This document shows, piece by piece, positions 16,562-25,694 of a stretch of 64,000 nt of DNA (the stretch's first letter is position 1; each line of letters starts with the position of its first letter). Source of the stretch: Alphaproteobacteria bacterium (GTDB taxonomy: Bacteria > Pseudomonadota > Alphaproteobacteria > GCA-2731375); contig CBDDPY010000002.1 in assembly GCA_965232515.1 (NCBI GenBank), positions 6,176,001 through 6,240,000 of the forward strand, given 5' to 3'. A program made the translations under genes and the position numbers. The notes below the pieces were generated by a model. The model was not told the origin of the DNA and did not search any database. It saw nothing but the letters and a program-made list of their open reading frames with translations.

Positions 16562-17896
16562 TCAGCGCCACGCGCCGAGTCGGATGGCGCCGGCGACGGT
16601 CAGGCCATAGAGCAGCATGCCGGCGCCGATCAGCCCGAAGACGAGCTGCGGCGTCGGCTCGGCGGCGACAACGATCAACGCGCCGCCGGCCACGATCAGG
16701 CTCAGACGCGCGACGCCGGCCAGCACCGGCCAGAATACCCGCCGGGCGCCCTGCGAGGCGAAGTAGAGACACAGGCCGAGGCCGAAGAACGCATAGAATG
16801 GACCGGCGATGCGCAGATAGGTGCGGCAGGCCTCGCGCACGGCCTCGACGTCGGTGAACAGATTGGCCCAGAGGCTGGGGAACAGGGCCAGGACGATGCC
16901 GATCGTGCCGGTGACGGCGGCGGCGGCAAGCGCGCCGGTCCAGGCCACCTGGTGGCCGCGGTCGACCTGGCCGGCGCCGAAATGCACGCCGACCATGGTG
17001 ATCAGCGCCGCGCCGATGCCGAAGATCATCGGGATCATCAGGAACTCGAGCCGCGCGCCGATGCCGTAGCCGGCCAGCACCGCGTCGCCGAGCCGGGCAA
17101 CGAAACCGGTCACCACGATCACCGTCGCGACAGACGTCACCGGCGAGACGGATGCCAGCAGGCCGACCTTCAACAAATTGGCGAAATAGACTGCCCGGAC
17201 CGGCAGGCCGCTGAACCGCAACCGGATGCCGGCCGCGCCGCTCACGAGGTAGGCCGCCAGCAGCAGTGCGGCGAGACCGAAGCCGATGACGGCGGCGAGC
17301 GCCACGCCGCCGATGCCCATTGCCGGAAACGGACCGATGCCGAACACCAGCAGACCCCCGAGCACGACCTGACATGCCGATCCGGCCATCAGCGCGCCGG
17401 CGGCGATGCGCATATGGCCGCAGGCCCGGACCACGCTCGAGAGCGTATTCGCAAGCCAGATACTGGCGCCGCCGGCAAACAGCAGATTGGCGTAGGCGAT
17501 GGCGTGGTCGAGGGCCTCGCCCCGGCCGCCGAGCGCCGCGAAGATTGGCCGGCCGGCGAGCAGGAACAGCGCCGCGAACAGGGCGGCGGCGACGATGGCG
17601 ATGATGACGGCGTGCAGCGTCAACGTCTCGGCAAGCTGCCGGTCGCCGGCGCCGAGCGCCTGCGCCACGGCGCCGGCGATGGCGCCGCCGATCGAGCCCG
17701 CCGAGAGCATGGTCATGAGCATGAACATGGGGAAGGCGAGCGCCAGGCCGGCGAGCGCCGTCGTGCCCAACTGGCCGACATACCAGGCTTCCGCCATGGA
17801 CGTTGCCAGCATCACGAACATGGCGGCGATGTTGGGGGCGGCGAGGCGGGCGATGGTGCCGGCGATCGGCGACGTCAGCAGGGCCGGACTGTTCAT
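16562..17896 (-). CDS. MATE family efflux transporter
   Basis: LAAPNI...YVGQLGTTALAG and LAGYGIGARLE; about 12 hydrophobic segments. ATG at 17896 preferred. Confidence 0.88.
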   Translation of the reverse strand: MNSPALLTSPIAGTIARLAAPNIAAMFVMLATSMAEAWYVGQLGTTALAGLALAFPMFMLMTMLSAGSIGGAIAGAVAQALGAGDRQLAETLTLHAVIIAIVAAALFAALFLLAGRPIFAALGGRGEALDHAIAYANLLFAGGASIWLANTLSSVVRACGHMRIAAGALMAGSACQVVLGGLLVFGIGPFPAMGIGGVALAAVIGFGLAALLLAAYLVSGAAGIRLRFSGLPVRAVYFANLLKVGLLASVSPVTSVATVIVVTGFVARLGDAVLAGYGIGARLEFLMIPMIFGIGAALITMVGVHFGAGQVDRGHQVAWTGALAAAAVTGTIGIVLALFPSLWANLFTDVEAVREACRTYLRIAGPFYAFFGLGLCLYFASQGARRVFWPVLAGVARLSLIVAGGALIVVAAEPTPQLVFGLIGAGMLLYGLTVAGAIRLGAWR

Positions 17897-17940
17897 GCGG
17901 TCTGTCTCCCGCCGGGCCCGGCTATCCGCCGCCCGTGCCG

Positions 17941-18001
17941 TTAACATCTATCAGAAAGGTTCAGTTTTTGAACTTTAGATGTTAAGTTCAAAAAGTCAAC
18001 T
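17941..18001. promoter_or_regulatory. Tandem operator between the divergent MATE and HxlR genes
   Basis: AT-rich. Perfect 11-bp inverted repeat TTTTTGAACTT-N8-AAGTTCAAAAA (17965-17994) and two AAGTTCA-N5-TGAACTT-like units. Confidence 0.65.
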
Positions 18002-18173
18002 TTTTATGTTATTCTGTCGGTGAGTTATTCGTCGGTGTGGCGAAGGGTTTGCGCCACGATCACAGCGCGCGGTTGACGATGGATGTGCGAGCGGGTGTGG
18101 ATCGAAAAACGACAATAGATCGGCGCGCGGATGCCAATTGTCCGATCGGCGGTTGCGTTGGAGATCCAGCGCC

Positions 18174-18686
18174 ATGACCGTGCGCAGCTATGACCGGCAT
18201 GCCTGTCCGATCGCGCAGACGCTGTCGGTCGTCGGCGATCAATGGACGCTGTTGCTGGTGCGCGACGTGCTGCGCGGCGCACGGCGGTTCGAGACCTTTC
18301 AGTCGAGCCTGGGCATCTCTCGCAATCTGCTGGCGCGGCGGCTGAAACAGCTCGTGGCCGAGGGGCTGCTGGAGCGGACGCGGATCCCAGGCTCGCGCCG
18401 CTACGAATACCGGCCGACCGAGAAATGCAAAGATCTCCGCCTGACCATTCTGGCCTTGGCCGAATGGGGGGAACGTTGGCGGGCCGATCCGAAGGGCGCG
18501 CGCCTCGAGCTGCGGGAGCGCGATACCGACGCCGCGGTCGGCGTCCGGTTCTGTCGCCTCGACGACGGGCGCGCGATCGGAACCGCCGATGTCGTTACGC
18601 ATCCCGGACCCGCCGCCAGCGGTGGTCTGAAGCGCTGGCTCGCCCGCAATCGCGAAGGCGTCGCGGAGACCGGCACGGACGGTTGA
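18174..18686 (+). CDS. HxlR-family winged-helix transcriptional regulator
   Basis: CPIAQTLSVVGDQWTLLLVRD...RRFETFQSSLGIS...YEYRPTEK. Confidence 0.9.
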   Translation: MTVRSYDRHACPIAQTLSVVGDQWTLLLVRDVLRGARRFETFQSSLGISRNLLARRLKQLVAEGLLERTRIPGSRRYEYRPTEKCKDLRLTILALAEWGERWRADPKGARLELRERDTDAAVGVRFCRLDDGRAIGTADVVTHPGPAASGGLKRWLARNREGVAETGTDG

Positions 18687-18712
18687 CGGCCGGATCGCCG
18701 CCGCCGGCCCAT

Positions 18713-18726
18713 TTGATCCAAATCAT
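18713..18726 (+). promoter_or_regulatory. FNR/FixK-like box upstream of the cytochrome c gene
   Basis: TTGAT-CCAA-ATCAT, one mismatch to TTGAT-N4-ATCAA. Confidence 0.45.
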
Positions 18727-18852
18727 CGCAAAGCCTGCAGGTCGATTGAGACTGGGGTCCGACCGACGGCACGGGAGTCACGGCACGCCGGGCGATGCCG
18801 ACGGTTCGGTGACGGTAACGACAGGGGCGGATGCCATGATTTCGCGTATGCC

Positions 18853-19404
18853 ATGCTGAGCTTGTTTCGAGACACCCGGCGGCGATGGCCGCTTTGGCTG
18901 CTGCTGGGCGCGTTGGCGCTGGCGACGGCTGGCGTCATATTGTTCACCGCCGGTGGCGCGGCGGCGGCTTCCCACAGCGCCGACACGAGCGACGGTCAGC
19001 GGGTCCGGGGCTTCATCGTGCCGTTTGCCGATTCGGCGCGCGGCCGGCAGCTGTTCGTCGGCAAGGGCTGCGTGATCTGCCACTCGATCAACGGAGTCGG
19101 CGGCAAGGCCGCCCCGCCGCTGGACGTCGATCCCGATGTGCAGCATGCCGACATCTTCGAGTTCGCCGCCCGTATGTGGCGCGGCGCGCCGACCATGTTC
19201 GTGCTGCAGGAGATGGAGCTCGGCTATCAGATCGACATGACCGGCGAGGAGCTGGCCCACATCGCCGGGTTCGTCTACGACCTCGAAGAGCAGAAACGCT
19301 TCAGCGACGATGACGTGCCCGAGTTGATCCGCGACTGGATGACGGACACCACCTACGAGCGCCTGGACGAACTGCGCGAGGAGTTGCGCGAATACATCGA
19401 GTAG
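18853..19404 (+). CDS. Monoheme c-type cytochrome
   Basis: N-terminal signal/anchor; GRQLFVGKGCVICHSING (CxxCH). Confidence 0.85.
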   Translation: MLSLFRDTRRRWPLWLLLGALALATAGVILFTAGGAAAASHSADTSDGQRVRGFIVPFADSARGRQLFVGKGCVICHSINGVGGKAAPPLDVDPDVQHADIFEFAARMWRGAPTMFVLQEMELGYQIDMTGEELAHIAGFVYDLEEQKRFSDDDVPELIRDWMTDTTYERLDELREELREYIE

Positions 19405-19441
19405 CGTCGGCGCGGTTCGCTGGCTTTGGCTGTGATCCGCA

Positions 19442-19672
19442 TCAGACTCTATAGAGCAGCGGCCGAAGCAGGGAGCCGTGAGAGTTCACGTCCGGCGCCT
19501 GGAAGGCTTCGAACACGACCTCCTGATCGTCGTCGCCGGCGGCGATCGTGCGAACGGCAGCCTGACGATAACGGCCCGAGCGCACGATGTCGTCGTAGAG
19601 CTCGTAGGCCTCGCGGCGCTTCAGGGTGACGCCGCACGGCTTGTCATTCTTGATGACGATATAGACCTGCAT
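19442..19672 (-). CDS. Hypothetical 76-aa protein
   Basis: ATG with a GAGG SD, host-like codons, 32 bp downstream of the DUF1127 gene. Confidence 0.55.
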   Translation of the reverse strand: MQVYIVIKNDKPCGVTLKRREAYELYDDIVRSGRYRQAAVRTIAAGDDDQEVVFEAFQAPDVNSHGSLLRPLLYRV

Positions 19673-19704
19673 GGCTGCCTCGCTAAATCAAAGGTTCGGG
19701 GTGG

Positions 19705-19917
19705 TCAAAACAGCTTTCGGACTTCCCGATCGACGTCGGCACGCGTCAGGCCGACATCGCGGAGCATCCGGTCGTCCAGCCGCGACAGCGCGGAGCGCTC
19801 GTTGACGCGCATCTGCCAGTCCAGCACGGCCTGACAGATCCGCGCCGGCAGGTTGCTGCTAAAGGTATGGGTGGCGGTGGTCCGGCCATGGCCGGCGGTT
19901 GTCATATGGGCGGTCAT
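19705..19917 (-). CDS. DUF1127 small protein
   Basis: W..RVNERSALSRLDDRMLRDVGLTRADV. Confidence 0.85.
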   Translation of the reverse strand: MTAHMTTAGHGRTTATHTFSSNLPARICQAVLDWQMRVNERSALSRLDDRMLRDVGLTRADVDREVRKLF

Positions 19918-20064
19918 CTGGGCACCCTCGATATCTTCCGTTGTGCGGATCAGTCCGCTTCATCCGTTCGTGGCATAGATGGGGTGCGGCTGTTTCCGCT
20001 TGATGTCGTGCAAGCGGCTGAATTGCTTCAATTGTTTCGCGCTCGGTGGGTCGGGCCGGCGGTC

Positions 20065-21537
20065 CTATTCCTGGACCCCATAGCGCGTGCGGATCTCGAT
20101 CAGGTCGCGGCGAAGGGCGTCGCGATTCCGGATCGGAAAGGTGTCCTGCAGCAGGGGCGGGCCGATGTTCTCGTTGACCCGATCGACGGCCGTGAGCAGG
20201 GCGCGCGCGGTCGGATTCAGGCGGTCGAGCGACAGGGCCTTGTCCAGATCGCCGAGCAGTGATTCGTCAATCCGGCGGGTCAGGCCGGCATTGGCGATCG
20301 CGCGAATGGCGTAGGCGTTGGGATCGTAGGGCGTGAGGTCGACCGCACGATCGAAGGCGCGCAACGCCTCGGGTGGGTTCGCGCCCTTGCCGATCAACGT
20401 CGTCGCGCCGAGGAACTGGTAGGCCGTCGCGAGGTTCACGTTACGCGCGTCGGGACCGGCGGTCTCGATATAGCGCCGGAAGTGGGCTGCCGCCTGTCCG
20501 TAGTTGCTGAGGCCATGGCGCAGCATGCCGGCGACGAAGTCGATCGCCGGCAATGAATACCGGTCGTCGACGAGACCGGCCCAGATCCAGGCAGGTCCGA
20601 AATCGAAGTCCAGCCGATACCATTTCAGCCACTTGCCGCGCTCCTTCACGAAGCGCTGATCGAGCACGGCGAAGCGGCCGTCGATGATGCGGGTGTCGAT
20701 GCGCTCGGCCGAGACGCTGGGCGCGGCGCGGATGTTGCCGGAGCGCTGGCGGCCGACCACGTAAGCCGGCGGGATATCGACCGGGCTGTCCTCCCGCATC
20801 TCCAGATAACCAATCGTGCCATCCGGCGTTTCGACCTCGGCCCAGACGTCGCGCATGTCGCGCATGCTGAGCGCGGTCTGCGCCGGCAGGCGCGCGATCA
20901 CCGTCGAACCGGCATCAGGCGCCTGGCGCAGCGTTGCCTGCCGCCGGGTAACGACGGCCCGCGTGAACAGGTCGCGGAGCTGGATGCGCTGGGTGCGGAA
21001 GCTGAATTGCGTGCGCGACAATTCGGCCGAAAACCCCGGCAGCGGCGTGCGCCGACCCCGTGCGTAGACGCCCAGCAACGGCTGCGCGCCACGCACTTCG
21101 GGCAGCAGCGACAGGTACGGGTGCAGGAATAACAGGTCGTCGTTGACCTCGACCACGGCCCAGAGCGCCAACCAGGTTTTCTGGCTGCGGGCGATCTGGA
21201 CGGCGGCTTGATGGTAGTCGCGGCGCAATAGCTCGGTCAGGCGTTGACCTTCCGGCGGCCGGGCTAGGATCACGCCGACGCCGGACTGGTCACTGACCGC
21301 GCTCAGCAATTCGCGCCAGAGCACGAAGCCGACCGCCTTGCCGCGGCCGGTGTCGCCGGGATCGAGCGCTTCCGTCACCAGCGCCTTGTTGGTCAGATGC
21401 GTCAGCGCCTCCGGTGTCGATCCCGGTTCGTGCGTCGGCGTGAAGTCGGTGATCACGGCGCCGGCGTTGGCGAAGCTGGGCAGCAGCGCAAGGATCGCGG
21501 CGGCGGTCAGGCGGCGGAACTGGTTGGCGACAGGCAT
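20065..21537 (-). CDS. Exported SH3b + TPR domain protein
   Basis: Signal peptide; LRQAPDAGSTVIARL...WAEV...GY and NIRAAPS...WY (two SH3-like segments); C-terminal EALRAFDRAVDLTP and DLDKALSLD (TPR-like). Confidence 0.7.
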   Translation of the reverse strand: MPVANQFRRLTAAAILALLPSFANAGAVITDFTPTHEPGSTPEALTHLTNKALVTEALDPGDTGRGKAVGFVLWRELLSAVSDQSGVGVILARPPEGQRLTELLRRDYHQAAVQIARSQKTWLALWAVVEVNDDLLFLHPYLSLLPEVRGAQPLLGVYARGRRTPLPGFSAELSRTQFSFRTQRIQLRDLFTRAVVTRRQATLRQAPDAGSTVIARLPAQTALSMRDMRDVWAEVETPDGTIGYLEMREDSPVDIPPAYVVGRQRSGNIRAAPSVSAERIDTRIIDGRFAVLDQRFVKERGKWLKWYRLDFDFGPAWIWAGLVDDRYSLPAIDFVAGMLRHGLSNYGQAAAHFRRYIETAGPDARNVNLATAYQFLGATTLIGKGANPPEALRAFDRAVDLTPYDPNAYAIRAIANAGLTRRIDESLLGDLDKALSLDRLNPTARALLTAVDRVNENIGPPLLQDTFPIRNRDALRRDLIEIRTRYGVQE

Positions 21538-21540
21538 GGC

Positions 21541-22608
21541 TCAGCCGCCCTCGAGCTTGCTGAGTTCGCCGTCGACGATGGCGATCAGGCGAGTGAGCGG
21601 CCGCACTTTGGCCTGCTCGTCGGCGCCATACTCCGACCGTTTGGCGACGAGCCGGCCGTGCACTTGTCGCAGCGCGTCGGCGTCGCGGCCGGCGCTGGCC
21701 GCCTGGATCTGGCGAATCGAGATGGCCAGCAGTGTGTGCAGCGCCCAGTTATCGCTGAGCTGTTCGTAGAGATCCGGCGAATTCAGGCGGGCCGTCGGCA
21801 CCTGATCGTCGATGAACAGCGCGCCTGTGCGGAAGCGCGGCAGTTGCGGCACCACGAAATAGTGCGACGACAGGCGCACGGCGTCGGGTTGGGCCGATCC
21901 GGCTGGCTGTCCGAACCCGCCGACCAGCGCCAGCGCCTCGACGAACTCGCCGATCTGACGGAGGCGTTCGGTATCGCTGCGCTTGACGGCGAGATCCGTG
22001 ATCGTGGTGATGCCGATCTCCGGCGGCGGCTGGAGCAGCGGATCGTCGCTGTTAAAGGCGCTCTCCTGCAGACCGGTGTTAATAACCCGATGCAGCGACC
22101 AGGCGAGAGCGTCGAGATCGACTTGACCGGCGTCCGCGCCGCCGCCGATCAGGTACGGCATCAAGAAGATCGTCGTGCCGCCAGGTCGGCGCAGCGGATC
22201 GAGCAGCGCGCGCTCGTCATTGCTCAGGCCCGTGCCGCCGGCGAGCCGCGGCATCCGCACCAGCAGATCGCCGCAATTGACGCTGCCGGCCGGGGCGCAG
22301 GGCAGAACCCGAACGACCGGTTCGTGGTCCGGCTTCTCGAAGCTGAGCGTGACGTCGGGCAGGCGGGCGACATAACCGGGAAACAGCGTCGCCAGTTCCA
22401 ACCGAAAGCGGCCGGCGGCGTCGGTCTCGGCGGCCGCCTGGCGGATCTTGGCGCCATACTCGACGCCGATTGCGGTGCCGGCGACGGGCGTGTTGCCCGG
22501 CCCAAAGGCCACACGGCCCTCCAGCGTCGGCGCCTGTGCGGCGGCGCCGAGCGGCAGCAGCGACAGGAGTAGAGCCGAACAGAGGCTTGCCATGCGTGAT
22601 GCGATCAT
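21541..22608 (-). CDS. Exported hypothetical protein with N-terminal carboxypeptidase-regulatory/Ig-like domain
   Basis: ATG at 22608 overlaps the upstream stop (ATGA); signal peptide; LEGRV...PVAG...ETDAAGRFRL. Confidence 0.65.
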   Translation of the reverse strand: MIASRMASLCSALLLSLLPLGAAAQAPTLEGRVAFGPGNTPVAGTAIGVEYGAKIRQAAAETDAAGRFRLELATLFPGYVARLPDVTLSFEKPDHEPVVRVLPCAPAGSVNCGDLLVRMPRLAGGTGLSNDERALLDPLRRPGGTTIFLMPYLIGGGADAGQVDLDALAWSLHRVINTGLQESAFNSDDPLLQPPPEIGITTITDLAVKRSDTERLRQIGEFVEALALVGGFGQPAGSAQPDAVRLSSHYFVVPQLPRFRTGALFIDDQVPTARLNSPDLYEQLSDNWALHTLLAISIRQIQAASAGRDADALRQVHGRLVAKRSEYGADEQAKVRPLTRLIAIVDGELSKLEGG

Positions 22609-23174
22609 CGGTCCTCGCGGCATTCGAACGAGACCACGATATCGGCGCCTGCGCGCAGGCGCGGTAGCGACAATGGCTGGCGCTGCGGCGCGCAATCGCT
22701 GGTCGTCAGCACCAGCATCTGCGGTCGCGCGGCGACGCCACCTGCATAGGCCAGACTAAAGCGGCCATTGGTCGTGTCAACGCGGCCGCCCTCGGTCTGC
22801 ATCTCGCGGCCGCGCGCGTCCAGCAGCCTGACCCGCAGATCGGTCGGCATCGTCCCGGAACCGGCCTCAACGGTGCCTGTCACGATTCCCGGCAGCGGCC
22901 AGAGCCAGCCGCCGATCCAGAACGCCGCCACGAACAGAACCAGGAGGCCGCTGCCGAGACTCGCGATCAGCGCCAGCGGCGCGTCGAGCGGTTTTGGCCA
23001 AGCACGCCGTAGCGACAGTGCCAGCAGCAGGACGGCAACGGCAAAAATGCCGATCTGCACGCCGACGAGCGGCAGTTCGATGCCGGCGAACGCCAGCACG
23101 CCCTCGATCCGCTCGACCAGGAGGCGCGGATAGTCGATGACGGACAGCGGATCGTCGAGATCGAGCTCGGCCAT
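22605..23174 (-). CDS. Hypothetical membrane protein (2-3 TM plus Ig-like domain)
   Basis: Two strong hydrophobic helices, then VTGTV...VRLLD...VDTTNGRFSL. Confidence 0.65.
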   Translation of the reverse strand: MAELDLDDPLSVIDYPRLLVERIEGVLAFAGIELPLVGVQIGIFAVAVLLLALSLRRAWPKPLDAPLALIASLGSGLLVLFVAAFWIGGWLWPLPGIVTGTVEAGSGTMPTDLRVRLLDARGREMQTEGGRVDTTNGRFSLAYAGGVAARPQMLVLTTSDCAPQRQPLSLPRLRAGADIVVSFECREDR

Positions 23175-23284
23175 GCGGTTGCGTCCCGCGTTTGCGAATC
23201 GATGCCATCATATCGTCAATTCACCGGTTGCCGGCAGCGGCCGGGCCCGCGGCGTTCCGCGAGCCCGGCGTCTGCGCGGACGCG

Positions 23285-24685
23285 TCAGGCCTGCGCCGCC
23301 AGCGCGACGATGTCGGCCATGCGGAACGTGTCGGCGTCGGCGCGCGGTAGGGTCGGCGTCCAGCCGGGGTCGGCGCAGAGGTAGGCCGTCGAATCGAGCT
23401 GCATCAGCCCGACCAGCACCTCGGCGACGATATGGCCGCCGACCGGACCCAGCTTGCGGCCGTCGCGGCGGATCTCCGACTCCTTCAGGATGTAGTACCA
23501 GAGCGGCGCCCCATCACTGAACTTCGCCGCCAGCGACGGCGCGACGCCGTTCCAGAGCTGGCCGTGGTCGAGCGGTGAAATGTTCATGGCCGCGGCCACG
23601 TGCTCGCCCGCCGGCAGACCGTAGGTCCAGTGCCGCAGCAGATTGCGCGAGGCGAGCGAGGCCATGGACGGATCGGCGTCCGGGCCGACGATCGGCGCCG
23701 GCAGCTCGAGCAACGATGGGTCGATCTTGGTGTCGATCTTGTGCGAGAGCTGCGGTGCGCCGCTGCCGGTGTCGAAGAAGGCGGCCCAATCGACCACCTC
23801 GTCGTCGCTCGTCACCGGCTGGAAACCGCGTCCGAAGGCGGCCGAGAACAGGCCGTGCGCCTGCGCCTGCGGCTGCAGCCTCATGGTCGGGGGCACCTGG
23901 CTGTGGCCGTAGCGATAGGCCGCGACCGAGAACTCGACCGGCATGTAGACGCGCTTATGCGGGCGGTAGAAACGCCGCCAGTGGATGGCGCGCCGGGTGC
24001 GCCGACGGCCGGCGATCTTCGGCAGGAACTCATGCACAACCATCCACTGATAGTGCCAGCGCACCAGACGCTGGGCCTCCTCGAACAGCGGCTTGCCGGC
24101 AAGACCGTGCGCGCTCGCCAGGTGATCGACGACGGCGTTGTGGAACTTCAGGAACATGAGCTGAAGCTGCGAGACCACGCGGTTCTCGTCGTTGCGCGGA
24201 TCGCCGATGAGCGCGCGCTGCGGCTGCTCGGTGCCACCGACGTCCTCACGGTTGCGGGGCAAGTCGGTGCCGTCGCGGCCGGTCAGCAGCTTGATGCCGG
24301 CGAACTCACCGTTGTTCAAATAGAGGTACGGCGATGCCTCGGGACCCCGCCCATAGACGCAATCCAGGTCGAGCGCCGGTGTACGCACATTGACGACGTC
24401 GCGCGGACGCGACCGGGCGTCGAGGCTGCTGGTCGTGTCAAGCGTGATGTCATGATCGATGAACTGGCCGAGAAAAACGAACCCCAGGGGCACGTCGGGA
24501 TTCTCGGCCGGGTGCGCGCCGGCATTCATCGGGCCGGCGGCCGCGCCGAGCTCGATCAGCGCCTCGCGTTCGATCCTGAGAGATTCGAGATAGCCGAACA
24601 TGCGGCCGAAGGTGGTGCCGTCCTGATCGGACCGGCCCCGGTGGCCGATGACGGACGAATGCGGTTCAAATCCATGGGATGCCAT
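23285..24685 (-). CDS. Bacterial heme peroxidase (peroxidase-cyclooxygenase/animal peroxidase family)
   Basis: FGRMF, GQFIDHDIT (distal His), LDLDCVYG, IGDPRNDEN, AAYRYGHS (proximal His), PLWYYILKE, LGPVGG. ATG at 24685; no signal peptide. Confidence 0.9.
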   Translation of the reverse strand: MASHGFEPHSSVIGHRGRSDQDGTTFGRMFGYLESLRIEREALIELGAAAGPMNAGAHPAENPDVPLGFVFLGQFIDHDITLDTTSSLDARSRPRDVVNVRTPALDLDCVYGRGPEASPYLYLNNGEFAGIKLLTGRDGTDLPRNREDVGGTEQPQRALIGDPRNDENRVVSQLQLMFLKFHNAVVDHLASAHGLAGKPLFEEAQRLVRWHYQWMVVHEFLPKIAGRRRTRRAIHWRRFYRPHKRVYMPVEFSVAAYRYGHSQVPPTMRLQPQAQAHGLFSAAFGRGFQPVTSDDEVVDWAAFFDTGSGAPQLSHKIDTKIDPSLLELPAPIVGPDADPSMASLASRNLLRHWTYGLPAGEHVAAAMNISPLDHGQLWNGVAPSLAAKFSDGAPLWYYILKESEIRRDGRKLGPVGGHIVAEVLVGLMQLDSTAYLCADPGWTPTLPRADADTFRMADIVALAAQA

Positions 24686-24801
24686 GTCGCTGTGCTCCGT
24701 TGGTTGTGAACAACGAACGGCCCGAACCCTTGCGGGAAACACTAGGCGGCGAAGGCGACGGAGCTTGTGAGTGCCTTCACAAGCGAATTGGCACGGCGCT
24801 T

Positions 24802-25602
24802 TTAAGCGTCTGATGTGGCGGCGACGAGGAGCGTGAAGGCGGCGTGGCGATGCCAGCGTTCGAGCCAGGGATTGGCCGCGATCAGCGCGGCGTCGGGCTG
24901 CGGCTCGGCGATGCGGGTGATGCGAAATCCGGCCATGCAGAGACCGTTCACGTAGTGTTCCAAACGAAATGGAAAGTGCGGCACGACGAACGGTTCGGCC
25001 GTTGCCGTCTCGGGCGCCTTGGAAAAGCGCCAGCGTTCGACCGCGGCGCGCTCGCCGAAATAGTCGGCGACGGTCACATGGTCGGGGACATCCGAGCCCT
25101 GCTGCGGGTTGAAGCCGGGCGTCATGAAGCAGGGGTGCAGGACGCTGAAATAGAGTGCGCCGCCAGGTCGCAACACGCGATGGGCGGCACGCGCGGCGGC
25201 AGCGAAGTCTGGGCTGTCCATCAGCGCCATGGTCGAGACCGCGGCGTCGAAGCTGTCGTCGGGGATGCCGTCCAGCCGCGTGAAGGAAGCGGTCTGATAG
25301 GCGATGCCCAACGGCTCCTCGGTCTCGGCGGCGCTGGCCGCCGCAACCATGCGCGGAGAGATGTCAATGCCGGTCATGCGAGCGCCACGGCGGGCGAACT
25401 CGCGGGTATTACGGCCTTCGCCGCAGCCGAGATCGATCACCTGCCGGCCGTTCATGTCCGGCAGAAAATCGAGGAAGGCCGGCAAACTGATCAGTTCGCG
25501 ATAACGGTCGTAGCCCGCCCGCACGTGCGCCGTCCAGGTCGGTGCGTTCGCGTCCCAGGCCGCCGCAACCTCGGTCTCGCCGATCTCGTTCCGTCTGGTC
25601 AT
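24802..25602 (-). CDS. Class I SAM-dependent methyltransferase
   Basis: WDANAPTW, VIDLGCGEG, GIDIS, VLRPGG...SVLHPCF. Real start is ATG 25602 inside the 820-aa ORF. Confidence 0.85.
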   Translation of the reverse strand: MTRRNEIGETEVAAAWDANAPTWTAHVRAGYDRYRELISLPAFLDFLPDMNGRQVIDLGCGEGRNTREFARRGARMTGIDISPRMVAAASAAETEEPLGIAYQTASFTRLDGIPDDSFDAAVSTMALMDSPDFAAAARAAHRVLRPGGALYFSVLHPCFMTPGFNPQQGSDVPDHVTVADYFGERAAVERWRFSKAPETATAEPFVVPHFPFRLEHYVNGLCMAGFRITRIAEPQPDAALIAANPWLERWHRHAAFTLLVAATSDA

Positions 25603-25694
25603 GCTGGGCTCGCGGCGCGGATGTCGATCGCCCGTATCTACCGCATCGACCGGCGGCGCGCCAATGATGGCGGAAGATAAAGATGCGTGGCGCG

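Noticed and set aside
24789-24804. TGGCAC sigma-54 candidates here and at 58741 and 59107
   Set aside because: No TTGC at the -12 position.
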